The translations under genes were made by a program, and so were the position numbers. Below, piece after piece: positions 40,397 through 49,508 of a stretch of DNA of 64,000 bases (positions are counted from its first letter, which is position 1; each line of letters opens with the position of its first letter). The stretch lies in sequence record NC_042013.1. One strand, 5' to 3'. Under the pieces are notes generated by a model. That model did no database searches. It was not told the DNA's origin and worked only from the letters and a program-made list of their open reading frames with translations.

Positions 40397-40496
40397 TCTC
40401 GCCCTCGATTGAAAATGATCTTCATTTGAAAATCCCTCTCTTTATGATGAAATAACGTGGCGCGTACATCCGGCGTCTTCAGAAATTCCATCGCTG

Positions 40497-40570
40497 TAGT
40501 CAAAGATGGATTTGAACCATCATCATTCCCTTGGTTATAGGCCGCTCTTACCGGGTTGAGCTATTTGACT
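40497..40570 (-). tRNA. tRNA-like gene / pseudo-tRNA with aberrant anticodon arm
   Basis: Acceptor AGTCAAA/TTTGACT, D-arm GCTC/GAGC, T-arm GATGG-TTCAAAT-CCATC; anticodon stem only 3 bp (CCT-ATAACCA-AGG); no encoded CCA. Confidence 0.7.
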
Positions 40571-40576
40571 AAGCGC

Positions 40577-40604
40577 ATACTACCATATTTTTATTTAGTG
40601 TCAA
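40577..40604 (-). promoter_or_regulatory. Sigma70-type promoter for tRNA-like gene
   Basis: TTGACA-N16-TAGTAT with TG extension, ~6 nt before the element. Confidence 0.65.
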
Positions 40605-40612
40605 GCATTAAT

Positions 40613-41059
40613 TTATAAAAATATCTCCACCGCCATATTTTTTATAAGGGGATTTATAAACCATTGGTTTTTGCGAGCAAGAATTGCGCCATCAGTTGAG
40701 GGGTTTATTCCGTTATAACATAGGTAACTAGTAGAGAAATCTTTATTATATGTAAGAATTGAATTTGCATTTAATGATTTGCATATAGAAATAAAACGTT
40801 TATTGTTAGTATAAATCACAAACGGGTTTTTACTTGTTCTGCCCAAACTGCATTTCATATCTTCATAGAGATCATTTATATCGCTACTATCTAAAATAAT
40901 CTTTGAGTTTTGAATAGATATATTATTAACGGCGTCTACAACCGAATCAAATCCAAAAAGATCAGCCGTATCGGATAGAAAATATTTTCCATCCGTATAC
41001 ATTTGAGCGGTAACGTATTGTACTAACATATCAATCCTTAAACTTATCGGTGAGAACAA
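40613..41059 (-). CDS. Hypothetical protein, paralog triplet
   Basis: VIYTNNK, IKNMAVEI shared with next two ORFs. Confidence 0.72.
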   Translation of the reverse strand: MFSPISLRIDMLVQYVTAQMYTDGKYFLSDTADLFGFDSVVDAVNNISIQNSKIILDSSDINDLYEDMKCSLGRTSKNPFVIYTNNKRFISICKSLNANSILTYNKDFSTSYLCYNGINPSTDGAILARKNQWFINPLIKNMAVEIFL

Positions 41060-41483
41060 ATTCTGCCATTAGGATATTAGCATTTGTATGCAACTGATAT
41101 TCGTTTTCGTTTTCAAGAATGGCGCTATCCATATCTGGATAGGTTAAGCCTTTGAAATATATGACCGACTTTTGAAAATTTTCATCATACGTTACGTGGT
41201 ATTCTATAGGGAGGTTATTTATTTTTTGATTTGTAAGAATGTAAAGGGCTTTCCCCCTCCGAGATTTATAAGCAATAATATTTGATAAAGATATCAGATT
41301 ATGGATATCATCGATATAGTGAACGGTGGGGAATGATATGTTTTCTAGAACATCGAATATATTCGAAAACGATATTAAATCAGAATATACCATATGAATA
41401 GAACTACCTAACGGTTCTTTATCTTTTTTAATTATTAACTGTTTAATTCTTTTGGTATTAAGCATGATAACTATCCGAGACAA
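41031..41483 (-). CDS. Hypothetical protein, paralog triplet
   Basis: LYILTNQK, NILMAEFV. Confidence 0.72.
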   Translation of the reverse strand: MSRIVIMLNTKRIKQLIIKKDKEPLGSSIHMVYSDLISFSNIFDVLENISFPTVHYIDDIHNLISLSNIIAYKSRRGKALYILTNQKINNLPIEYHVTYDENFQKSVIYFKGLTYPDMDSAILENENEYQLHTNANILMAEFVLTDKFKD

Positions 41484-41901
41484 TTAATTCCATCGCCATC
41501 TTTTTAATATTCGGATGGTGTTGATATTCTTCCTCTGTCATTTGGATACCGTCAGCAGAGGTAGGTCCATATATCCGGTTATACACAATAAATGAACGAT
41601 TATAGTCAGGCGAGTAATCAACAATATATGGGGATGGTAAATTTTTAAGTCGCACATCATTGGTGTAAATGTATAATGCTGGCCCAAACAGACACGACTT
41701 TCTAATAAGGGTTGAACATAGTTCTATGTCTTTTGGTGATGAAACTTTCATGTAATCAAGATTGATTAAATTATCCAATGCGTCTTTTAGAGTTTCAAAT
41801 GAAACCAAATTAGCATTATCAATAACGGTTTCAGACCAACAGGCGTCCCCATCGACAATATCTTTGTCATAATGATAGGATACAATCATACTGCGAATCA
41901 T
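41458..41901 (-). CDS. Hypothetical protein, paralog triplet
   Basis: LYIYTNDV, IKKMAMELI. Confidence 0.72.
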   Translation of the reverse strand: MIRSMIVSYHYDKDIVDGDACWSETVIDNANLVSFETLKDALDNLINLDYMKVSSPKDIELCSTLIRKSCLFGPALYIYTNDVRLKNLPSPYIVDYSPDYNRSFIVYNRIYGPTSADGIQMTEEEYQHHPNIKKMAMELIVSDSYHA

Positions 41902-42158
41902 TTAAATCTTCCAGATGATTGTTCTGGCCCTCGACCAGAAATTTTATCCCCATCAGATATTACAAACCCCGATGGGTCTACATAGATACGACCATATTCG
42001 CATAATTCATCATTTACGCTAATAGTACGAGCGCCGCTAATGTGGATGCCGTGAGCAACCAGATAAGCATCGATTGCGGTTGCAACCTCCCAACCTTCAA
42101 GAGTAATACTTACGCCGGGACCGTATTCCGTTTTACCTTCACCAAATTTTACTTCCAT
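41898..42158 (-). CDS. Hypothetical protein
   Basis: ORF with AAGGA RBS. Confidence 0.7.
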   Translation of the reverse strand: MEVKFGEGKTEYGPGVSITLEGWEVATAIDAYLVAHGIHISGARTISVNDELCEYGRIYVDPSGFVISDGDKISGRGPEQSSGRFK

Positions 42159-42345
42159 TTTAAATCCTTTGTTTAAAAGTGTTCGATGGGCAATATACCA
42201 ATGTTATCCCATTAAAGGGTTTCATCAATATTCTCCATTCCGAAGGCTGATGGCTTCACGCCGCTATTCGGTTCAGTATACGTCAATTCGAATTGCATCG
42301 AACACTTAGAGAAAATATTATAATGACGTGTTCTAAAAGTCAACT

Positions 42346-42353
42346 TATAAATA
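42346..42353 (+). promoter_or_regulatory. T4-type late promoter TATAAATA
   Basis: Exact T4 gp55 consensus 20 nt upstream of 42373. Confidence 0.65.
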
Positions 42354-42372
42354 TCATTAAAAGGGATTCATC

Positions 42373-42885
42373 ATGAAATGGCAAGATTTATCTGAAGGTA
42401 TCAAAGTTTATCACGGCAGCCGTAATAATCATAGCCGTTTTAAAATCGGGCATACCGGAAATAATTCACATACGTTTGGCGACTATGATTCAACGAGATA
42501 CGGTGTGTTCTTTTCTAATAATCCAAAAATATCCGCTATCTATGGTGATGTTGATACATATGATTTATCCGTCACCAAAAAAGAATTAATCGATTTGGAT
42601 AATTCACAAATCATTCAAGAATTTATTGATTACCTTGGGGATAATGATTCTCCAGAATGGCAACAATCAAGAAATATTAGAGAAGTGTGGCAATTCTTTG
42701 AGGGTGATTTGGGGAAACAGTTTTATGAATTCCTCGTTTCAAAAGGATATAAAGCCGCAGTGTTTGAAGAATATATCAATGATGAAAACGGAAAAGAACA
42801 TAAGTCAAAAACTTATGTTCTCCTTGATTTACACCGTGTAAGAAGAAATCCAGATAAAAATCAACCAGATTTGTTTCTAAAATAA
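42373..42885 (+). CDS. Putative ADP-ribosyltransferase-fold protein
   Basis: KVYHGS...GVFFSNNPKISAIYG pattern; MKWQDLSE leader. Confidence 0.55.
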   Translation: MKWQDLSEGIKVYHGSRNNHSRFKIGHTGNNSHTFGDYDSTRYGVFFSNNPKISAIYGDVDTYDLSVTKKELIDLDNSQIIQEFIDYLGDNDSPEWQQSRNIREVWQFFEGDLGKQFYEFLVSKGYKAAVFEEYINDENGKEHKSKTYVLLDLHRVRRNPDKNQPDLFLK

Positions 42886-43068
42886 TTATTCGATTTCAAC
42901 GAACCTTTTGATATCAGCCGTTTCAATTCTCCAAGAACCGTCGCTGGATACAAAATGCCGAACTCCAGATGAATCATTCTTAGTATAACCGGCCATATAC
43001 TGACCACCTGTCGTCTGGATAAGGTAGTCTCCAATTCTCAATTCTTTGATGTTTGTAAGCCAGTTCAT
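42886..43068 (-). CDS. Hypothetical protein
   Basis: Short ORF in operon. Confidence 0.6.
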   Translation of the reverse strand: MNWLTNIKELRIGDYLIQTTGGQYMAGYTKNDSSGVRHFVSSDGSWRIETADIKRFVEIE

Positions 43069-43071
43069 TTA

Positions 43072-43452
43072 TTACTCCTTATCAAGTTCTACCTTTGCAT
43101 TTTCAAGATCGGTCTTGAACTTCCAAGTCCAAACGGTAGAAACCTTAACGGTGTCGAAATCAACCTCGAGAAGGCTAACTTCAAATTCAGCGGTGTCTTT
43201 CTTCCAGTTCATTTCAGAAACCCGATGGATATTAGCTTGAACCGCCCAAGACTTTTCGCCTCGCTGACCATGCATTTCACGCGGTTCAACCTTCTGAAGT
43301 TCCTTCATCGTATAAACCAAATCGTCCTCGTTGATAGGCGCAGGCGAACTGGTGAGATAAAGATCACCATAATCTTTATCAACCTTAATGAACTTGCGTT
43401 CACCATTTTCGATCTTGACGAGAAAATTGAACTTACCAGACTTAACTTCCAT
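43072..43452 (-). CDS. Hypothetical protein
   Basis: AAGGAG RBS. Confidence 0.72.
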   Translation of the reverse strand: MEVKSGKFNFLVKIENGERKFIKVDKDYGDLYLTSSPAPINEDDLVYTMKELQKVEPREMHGQRGEKSWAVQANIHRVSEMNWKKDTAEFEVSLLEVDFDTVKVSTVWTWKFKTDLENAKVELDKE

Positions 43453-43463
43453 TTTGTTTCTCC

Positions 43464-43646
43464 TTATCCGAGGTTGTACGATTCAACCGCATATTCAACA
43501 TAATTCTGATGATCCTCATCAGAACGCTTATCATTCAATTTTTGTGCAAAACCATTTGCAACATCAAGAGACGCGAAGGGCTTGACGTTACTCATAAGAT
43601 TTTCGTCATACGGCTTTTCGTACTTTACAATCATATGAATAAGCAT
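43464..43646 (-). CDS. Hypothetical protein (early cassette)
   Basis: AGGAG RBS after conserved promoter. Confidence 0.68.
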   Translation of the reverse strand: MLIHMIVKYEKPYDENLMSNVKPFASLDVANGFAQKLNDKRSDEDHQNYVEYAVESYNLG

Positions 43647-43675
43647 TTCGTTCTCCTGTTCGTTTCGATGGTTTA

Positions 43676-43703
43676 GTTATATACCATCAAAAAATAATGT
43701 CAA
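43676..43703 (-). promoter_or_regulatory. Conserved early promoter cassette
   Basis: TTGACATTATTTTTTGATGGTATATAAC. Confidence 0.75.
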
Positions 43704-43948
43704 GGGATTATTTCGACTAAGTTTGTATAAACCTTATCGGTTTTCAACTCTTCATAATAATCGAGACAATCTTTCTTGTCCGTTGATCTAAACGGATCAC
43801 TGTCCGAATACCATTCATCCAATTTGTTTTTATGTTGAATGTCAACAACCCAACAATTAAAACCTTCGAGGTAATAAACAACTACGCGAACCTGCACCGG
43901 GACGGTGGGGAAATTGTCAACCGCAGTAAATCCTTTGATCGCGTTCAT
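43700..43948 (-). CDS. Hypothetical protein
   Basis: ORF; stop abuts next promoter. Confidence 0.65.
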   Translation of the reverse strand: MNAIKGFTAVDNFPTVPVQVRVVVYYLEGFNCWVVDIQHKNKLDEWYSDSDPFRSTDKKDCLDYYEELKTDKVYTNLVEIIP

Positions 43949-43953
43949 ATTAA

Positions 43954-44169
43954 TTACCGCCGAACTTTTGTGATCGAATGATTTTCTTTCAGGAGGAAGG
44001 CAGGCTTCTTGGAATTGGAAGGAAGCTTAACACCAGCCTTGGTGTAGTTGGCAGCTTTGACGGTCATTGCACCAATAGAAGACGCAATGATGTAAGTACC
44101 AAATGCGTGATCTACAGGATGTTCATCAATCAATGCAATAAAACCAGACATTTCTTGTACGGTCGTCAT
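43954..44169 (-). CDS. Hypothetical protein (early cassette)
   Basis: AAAGGAG RBS after conserved promoter. Confidence 0.68.
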   Translation of the reverse strand: MTTVQEMSGFIALIDEHPVDHAFGTYIIASSIGAMTVKAANYTKAGVKLPSNSKKPAFLLKENHSITKVRR

Positions 44170-44199
44170 AACAATCTCCTTTAAGGTTTTGATGATTGA

Positions 44200-44227
44200 G
44201 TTATACCGTAATCAATAATAATGTCAA
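44200..44227 (-). promoter_or_regulatory. Conserved early promoter cassette
   Basis: TTGACATTATTATTGATTACGGTATAAC. Confidence 0.75.
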
Positions 44228-44231
44228 GGGA

Positions 44232-44651
44232 TTATTTTAGACCAAGTCGCATTTTAATATATTCAATAACATTCGGATGTTTGTTAGATATATACTCCAT
44301 ACAATTGATATCATTCATTACGACCTCAAGTTGTACTTTTTCAGATAGATTTTTAATATAATGAATAGCATAAATGTTGTTTTTAACGGCTATCAATTGC
44401 ATCTCTTCAGACGGATTATCAATATATTGAATAGCATCACTTCTATTTTTAACGGCTGCTAGTTTAACCTCGTCAGGAGGATTGTTGATGAAACGAATAG
44501 ACTTTCCATTAGATTCAACAGCCGCCATTTGTAGTTCCAAAGACGGATTATCTATGAACTCTATGGCAAATGGATATTTTTTTATAATTTCAACATCAGA
44601 CATAACCCGTATCGCTTTTTTTATATTCACCAATGATGGATGCAATCTCAA
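44232..44651 (-). CDS. DUF4116-like repeat protein
   Basis: NPSLELQMAAVESNGKSIRFI / NPSEEMQLIAVKNN repeats. Confidence 0.7.
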   Translation of the reverse strand: MRLHPSLVNIKKAIRVMSDVEIIKKYPFAIEFIDNPSLELQMAAVESNGKSIRFINNPPDEVKLAAVKNRSDAIQYIDNPSEEMQLIAVKNNIYAIHYIKNLSEKVQLEVVMNDINCMEYISNKHPNVIEYIKMRLGLK

Positions 44652-44877
44652 TCTGTGGGGGATTGGTATGATAAACCATTCCGGTGAAAGTTACAGTCAC
44701 ATCCTCAAGCGCGACAACCGGATCGAAATCGATTTCGAATTCCGTACCTTCGTTAATAGTAATGGTCAACGTATCAGACATTGGTTCTGGAATGTTATTT
44801 GCAAATTCACCAGTAATTACCATTATGATTTCTCCTATTGAAAAATGATTTATATGGTAATTACTGGTGAAAAGCAA
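44596..44877 (-). CDS. Hypothetical protein
   Basis: True start probably MVITGEF with AGGAG RBS. Confidence 0.6.
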   Translation of the reverse strand: MLFTSNYHINHFSIGEIIMVITGEFANNIPEPMSDTLTITINEGTEFEIDFDPVVALEDVTVTFTGMVYHTNPPQIEIASIIGEYKKSDTGYV

Positions 44878-44881
44878 ATGG

Positions 44882-45370
44882 TTATTTTCGAATCCAGTTG
44901 GTAGATTTCAAACGGACGATTTCACGATTACCGGGACCGCCACGAACAAACACCGTATCGTTGCCAACACTGAGAAGCGTATATTCAGCATCCATAAAAA
45001 TATATTTTTCACCAACAACCCAATGACTGGAAGGGAGAATATCAACATTCAATACCAAGTCATTGAAATTATAATTCTTGTGAATTTGAACCATCTTCGT
45101 CTTAGGATCAACAGACGAAACCTCATCCCACCCATGATGATGACGAGAATATTTGCATTCTGTATAATTCACAATCGAGGGGATATCCCAACGAGAATTG
45201 AAAAAATTCATAATCTTGTTAAAAACGTACCACGGATATTCAATTTCATATTCAGCAACGTGAATATAATCGTTTCCAATACCAAGGACACGAATATATT
45301 TGTTTTTGAAATGACCGGAACGATAGAACTTCCCTACAACAAAATCATCAATCATCTTTTTTCCTTTCAA
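44882..45370 (-). CDS. Hypothetical protein
   Basis: ORF coupled to 45367..45669. Confidence 0.68.
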   Translation of the reverse strand: MKGKKMIDDFVVGKFYRSGHFKNKYIRVLGIGNDYIHVAEYEIEYPWYVFNKIMNFFNSRWDIPSIVNYTECKYSRHHHGWDEVSSVDPKTKMVQIHKNYNFNDLVLNVDILPSSHWVVGEKYIFMDAEYTLLSVGNDTVFVRGGPGNREIVRLKSTNWIRK

Positions 45371-45669
45371 CCAAACGACACTTTGAATGTTTTAACAGAG
45401 GGGAGATCGTCCCTCTTAAGGTATTCCTGAACAAGCTTTTCACGCTTCGAGGAGGATATCATCAAACGTTCGTGATGAACCAGACGCTTGCGATAAACAA
45501 AAAATTGAATTTTGTCGGTAGGTACATATTTTTGGAGGTCATTGTCATACTCGGCCTTCAACATCCAATCCCAATTTTTCCCATCGGAAAAAGTAACTGA
45601 GCCACTGTGTGGCTGCTTATTATCGCCAACCGTGGTTGTGATGGTAAAATCAGTAATAGTAAGCGCCAT
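45367..45669 (-). CDS. Hypothetical protein (early cassette)
   Basis: TAAGGAG RBS after conserved promoter. Confidence 0.72.
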   Translation of the reverse strand: MALTITDFTITTTVGDNKQPHSGSVTFSDGKNWDWMLKAEYDNDLQKYVPTDKIQFFVYRKRLVHHERLMISSSKREKLVQEYLKRDDLPSVKTFKVSFG

Positions 45670-45699
45670 AATGTTTCTCCTTAATGGTTAGATGATGCA

Positions 45700-45727
45700 G
45701 TTATACCCCAATCAAAAATAATGTCAA
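45700..45727 (-). promoter_or_regulatory. Conserved early promoter cassette
   Basis: TTGACATTATTTTTGATTGGGGTATAAC. Confidence 0.75.
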
Positions 45728-45771
45728 TACATTTTTGTAAATATAGTTGAATCAACCAAAGGACACATACT

Positions 45772-46041
45772 ATGAAAAAAATTACCAATGTTACATATAA
45801 TCACGACACGATGATAGCGACCGTAGCGTTTGAAGATCATACTACCGATACGTTTGATTTTTGTGCTGATGTTGCGTCCGAAGAGGAAAAATCAAGCTCT
45901 AAGTATGAAACGCAACGCGAAATCAATTTACAATTGTTTAATCAAATCAAAGCATATGAAGCCGCAAATCCTCCTGAAGAAATAATTGAAGATGTTGAGT
46001 ACGAAGTAATTGATGATGATTATGAGGGAAATCCTGATTAA
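45772..46041 (+). CDS. Acidic hypothetical protein
   Basis: AAAGGA RBS; upstream GTAAATA box. Confidence 0.7.
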   Translation: MKKITNVTYNHDTMIATVAFEDHTTDTFDFCADVASEEEKSSSKYETQREINLQLFNQIKAYEAANPPEEIIEDVEYEVIDDDYEGNPD

Positions 46042-46093
46042 TAGTTGACATTATTTTAAACAGTGATATGGTTTTTTCTATATAAACTTTTTA

Positions 46094-46501
46094 ATGGATT
46101 GTAATATGAAAGTATGTAAGCACAAAAGTGGTCTAGATTTGTATTACAGTGATTATTTCACAGCAAGGGGAAACTCGTCGGTTAAAGGCGTATATAAATC
46201 ATATGTTGCAGTAAAGGGATATGATTTTGGAAAGATAAACATCTGGAACCTTGATATTCTTACTCCAGCCCAACAATATCTTTTCGAAGAAACAAGTTCT
46301 ATGAAATACAATCTAACGAAAAGAGCGGAGAACTGGTTGATCAAACATGTCGGACCACGTGGTGATTTGTGGGATTGTGACACTAACGGAATTGATTTGT
46401 TTTTCGCCAGTATCTTTTTTAAGAATAGAAATGAAGCTTTGAAATTGGTAAGGCATATAAATGACGTTCTTTATATTAAGAAAAATATTTTTCTTGATTA
46501 A
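46094..46501 (+). CDS. Hypothetical protein
   Basis: ORF after TTGACA-type promoter near 46045. Confidence 0.65.
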   Translation: MDCNMKVCKHKSGLDLYYSDYFTARGNSSVKGVYKSYVAVKGYDFGKINIWNLDILTPAQQYLFEETSSMKYNLTKRAENWLIKHVGPRGDLWDCDTNGIDLFFASIFFKNRNEALKLVRHINDVLYIKKNIFLD

Positions 46502-46512
46502 TTTTTCAAATA

Positions 46513-46863
46513 ATGTATAACTACATCATCGAAATGTTAAAGGAGAAATATATGCGTTATTACACCCGTAATTCTACCATTGCCAAGCTTAAGGCTTTTG
46601 GTTACACCGCAGCGGTAGTACTTCTTATTGTAGGGGTTTTGCCGATGATCCTCGGTTCTTGCACTGTTGATGAACGAACCGCAAAGCGCATCCTTGGTGC
46701 ACAGGGTTTCACCGATGTAAAGCTTACCGGGTATTCTATTTTTGGTTGTTCAAAAGATCAACAGTGGCGTTCGGGATTTGATGCCAAGGATGTTCGCGGT
46801 AATGAAATTTCCGGCGTTCTTTGTCAAGACCTTTTTGGAAGTACATCAGTTCGCGTATATTAA
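46513..46863 (+). CDS. Membrane-anchored (possibly lipo-) protein
   Basis: Hydrophobic helix then LGSC; true start probably MRYYTR (AAGGAG RBS). Confidence 0.65.
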   Translation: MYNYIIEMLKEKYMRYYTRNSTIAKLKAFGYTAAVVLLIVGVLPMILGSCTVDERTAKRILGAQGFTDVKLTGYSIFGCSKDQQWRSGFDAKDVRGNEISGVLCQDLFGSTSVRVY

Positions 46864-46867
46864 CACA

Positions 46868-46892
46868 AGGCCCGCTTTTAGCGGGCTTTTTT
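46868..46892 (+). terminator. Rho-independent terminator
   Basis: aggcccgc-tttta-gcgggc followed by T6. Confidence 0.85.
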
Positions 46893-47046
46893 ATTTGAAA
46901 CAATTGACGGTAGGAAAGGGAGTCGATGTCTTTCCATACCCCGCCAAAAGCTCTTCAGTGCATAGTCACGACCATTCTCGACCAGTGGGACTTTCAGAGT
47001 AATGCAAATAAATATCAATAAATGATTCTAATATTTGGTATTTATT

Positions 47047-48501
47047 ATGCAATACACGGACCTCATCGAAGCCCTTAAACCAAGCGAGTACCGCCTTTTT
47101 GTTAAAGGATGGGACAAGGAACGTTATGCTGATATCTTCAAATCAGACAAATACAAGCACGACAAGAATGGATATCGAGTATATATCCCTATCGGTAGTC
47201 AAACTATTAAGGACAGCGAAGTTGAGGATGATGTTCGTGCGGTCTTGAGACATTATGAATATGATCTTGTGGATTATAAAAAAGGTATTGCTAAAAATAT
47301 CAAAAACGGACAGAATATTAAAATCGGTAAGGTTTTAAAAAAAGTTGGTGCAGAAAATATATTGAAATCTTATACGTCTGATCCTGCCAGAGAATCCTCT
47401 AAACATGAATATGTTGTCGTCATTTCCCGTCATCCTTATGATATAGCTGGTATGTCAACAGGCCGTGGATGGACGTCTTGTATGAATTTACATGATGGTG
47501 GATTTAAAGAATACGTTCCATTAGAGATAGATGCTGGCTCCGTTGTTGCGTATGTTACTAAAAAATCCGATCCAGATTTAAAAAATCCAACTGGTCGTAT
47601 TATGATAAAACCATTCGTAAATGTTCTTGATCCAGATAATAAAGATTTTATTTATTTTGGAATAGAAAGAAAAATTTACGGGACACCCGTTCCCGGTTTC
47701 AAACAAGCTGTATTGGAATGGGTTAAATGGGTTAACGATTCTAACAAACTTGATGACGTTGTTTATGTCACCGTTAATAAAACATCATATGATGATGGTA
47801 TGGAAAATCTTGGAAAAGCAATCGGGAATAAGGAACTTCATCGACATTTAGAAGATTTAAGAGAAAATCCTGATCAAATTTATAAGATGAATAGTGCAAC
47901 AGATGTTGAGATGATGGCATTACTTGAAGGGGACATGTCATTGTTTAAAGATATCATAGAACGTTTTGGGATGCCTTCTGAACGAGTTCAGAAATTTGCG
48001 GTGGAACAATATGCTAGAAACATATTGCTTATCCCTGATCCATCTGACGCGGTTAAAATGGCGGCAATAACCGATAGCGCGAATATCATTACTAAGATTG
48101 AGAATCCAACAGATGAAATGATAACATATGCGGTAACAAGAAAACCAGAACTAATAGCTCGTTTTCCTGATGCATCTGAAAAAGCAAATTTACGTGCCGT
48201 CAATACTAATCCTGAAGTTTATACATTCATTAAAAATCCAACGGATAAAGTCTCTATTACTGCTCTTAGACAATTAGCGGCGCTATTAAATTACATTCCT
48301 AATCCAACAAAAGAAATGCAAATGGCGGCGGTTAGTAATGATCCATATGCAATTCGCTATCTTAATAAACACGGTCCAATTGACGTCGACGTTCAAATGG
48401 CCGCAGTCAAAAAAGACCCTTATGCGATTGATAGTATTCGTAAACCAGATAAAAAAGTAATTGATTATGTTCGTTCAAGAGGCGTTCACGTAGAAGACTA
48501 A
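47047..48501 (+). CDS. Large protein with C-terminal DUF4116-like repeats
   Basis: MQYTDLIE leader; ISRHPYDIAGMST..WTSCM; NPTKEMQMAAVSNDPYAIRYL repeats; ATAAATA at 47008-47014. Confidence 0.7.
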   Translation: MQYTDLIEALKPSEYRLFVKGWDKERYADIFKSDKYKHDKNGYRVYIPIGSQTIKDSEVEDDVRAVLRHYEYDLVDYKKGIAKNIKNGQNIKIGKVLKKVGAENILKSYTSDPARESSKHEYVVVISRHPYDIAGMSTGRGWTSCMNLHDGGFKEYVPLEIDAGSVVAYVTKKSDPDLKNPTGRIMIKPFVNVLDPDNKDFIYFGIERKIYGTPVPGFKQAVLEWVKWVNDSNKLDDVVYVTVNKTSYDDGMENLGKAIGNKELHRHLEDLRENPDQIYKMNSATDVEMMALLEGDMSLFKDIIERFGMPSERVQKFAVEQYARNILLIPDPSDAVKMAAITDSANIITKIENPTDEMITYAVTRKPELIARFPDASEKANLRAVNTNPEVYTFIKNPTDKVSITALRQLAALLNYIPNPTKEMQMAAVSNDPYAIRYLNKHGPIDVDVQMAAVKKDPYAIDSIRKPDKKVIDYVRSRGVHVED

Positions 48502-48527
48502 ATATCCCCGTACAGGGGAATTAGAAA

Positions 48528-48812
48528 ATGTTTATCTATGTAATAGGTCCAGCAACCGGTCCACAGAAAATAGGAATAACAAAGGATACTAATCAACGTT
48601 TGCGTACGTTACAAACGGGATATCCTGAAACTCTTTACATTCATCATTTCGAAGAAATTTCCGATAAGAAAACCAAACCCCTCGAGACTAAAATCCATCG
48701 CGAATTAAATCATAAAAAGCTTAAAGGGGAATGGTTTAATCTAACATCACAAGAAGCTATAGAATTCGTAACGTACTTTAGAATACGCTACGAGGATGAT
48801 TGTCTTTTATAA
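48528..48812 (+). CDS. T5orf172/MUG113-type GIY-YIG-like protein
   Basis: FIYVIG..KIGIT..RLRTLQTGYP..LE..IH..GEWF. Confidence 0.8.
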   Translation: MFIYVIGPATGPQKIGITKDTNQRLRTLQTGYPETLYIHHFEEISDKKTKPLETKIHRELNHKKLKGEWFNLTSQEAIEFVTYFRIRYEDDCLL

Positions 48813-49137
48813 AAATTCCTTCAGATATTAATTTGCTAATATCTTGATAATTATATGTTCTACGGGTATAAATTTCATTTTCAATTTTTTTGACAGTAGT
48901 AGTACCTCCTTCAAAATAACAATATCCAATTTCTTTATTAAGTGTAAAGCTGTGTAAAGACGGATGGATATCTTCCAAATCAAAACCTTGGGATAAAATA
49001 TTATAAATGGAGTTGTCATATATACACCATATAATAGAATTATCACCCATTAAAGGGAGAGTGGTTAAAGCAAACATATTATCTTTATGCAGTGTCAAGA
49101 GATATGATTTGTTCAATATACACACCGCGCCGTTCAT
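48778..49137 (-). CDS. SDhhP-family small protein, block D
   Basis: CILNKSY...LEDIHPS. Confidence 0.72.
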   Translation of the reverse strand: MNGAVCILNKSYLLTLHKDNMFALTTLPLMGDNSIIWCIYDNSIYNILSQGFDLEDIHPSLHSFTLNKEIGYCYFEGGTTTVKKIENEIYTRRTYNYQDISKLISEGIFIKDNHPRSVF

Positions 49138-49208
49138 TCTGATAAGAACCTCTTATTAATGTTATCCTCTATAAAAATTCCTTCAGATATTAATTTGCTA
49201 ATATCTTG
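48808..49208. repeat. Exact 39-bp direct repeat (48808-48846 and 49170-49208)
   Basis: tataaaaattccttcagatattaatttgctaatatcttg in both block D genes. Confidence 0.9.
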
Positions 49209-49508
49209 GTGTCTATACGTCGCGGTTTTGTACGGGCTATTTTCATATCTTCTGATGGTGGTTATATTGCTCCCCAATATGAAATAGCAAAATCCTATTT
49301 CGTTATGAAGGGTAAGACCTTGCAAATTAGGGTGGATATCGGACAATTCATAGTCGTATTTGCTAAAGGTTTCCAAAGACATAGTATCACCGATGCACCA
49401 CATATGTTGTCTGTCACCAATTAATTCTTCTAATTTGTCTAAAAAGGCGGTACGTTTTACTGACCCGTGAATATATGATTTGTTAAGAATACATAATACT
49501 GAGGACAT
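49134..49508 (-). CDS. SDhhP-family small protein, block D
   Basis: CILNKSY...LSDIHPN. Confidence 0.72.
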   Translation of the reverse strand: MSSVLCILNKSYIHGSVKRTAFLDKLEELIGDRQHMWCIGDTMSLETFSKYDYELSDIHPNLQGLTLHNEIGFCYFILGSNITTIRRYENSPYKTATYRHQDISKLISEGIFIEDNINKRFLSE

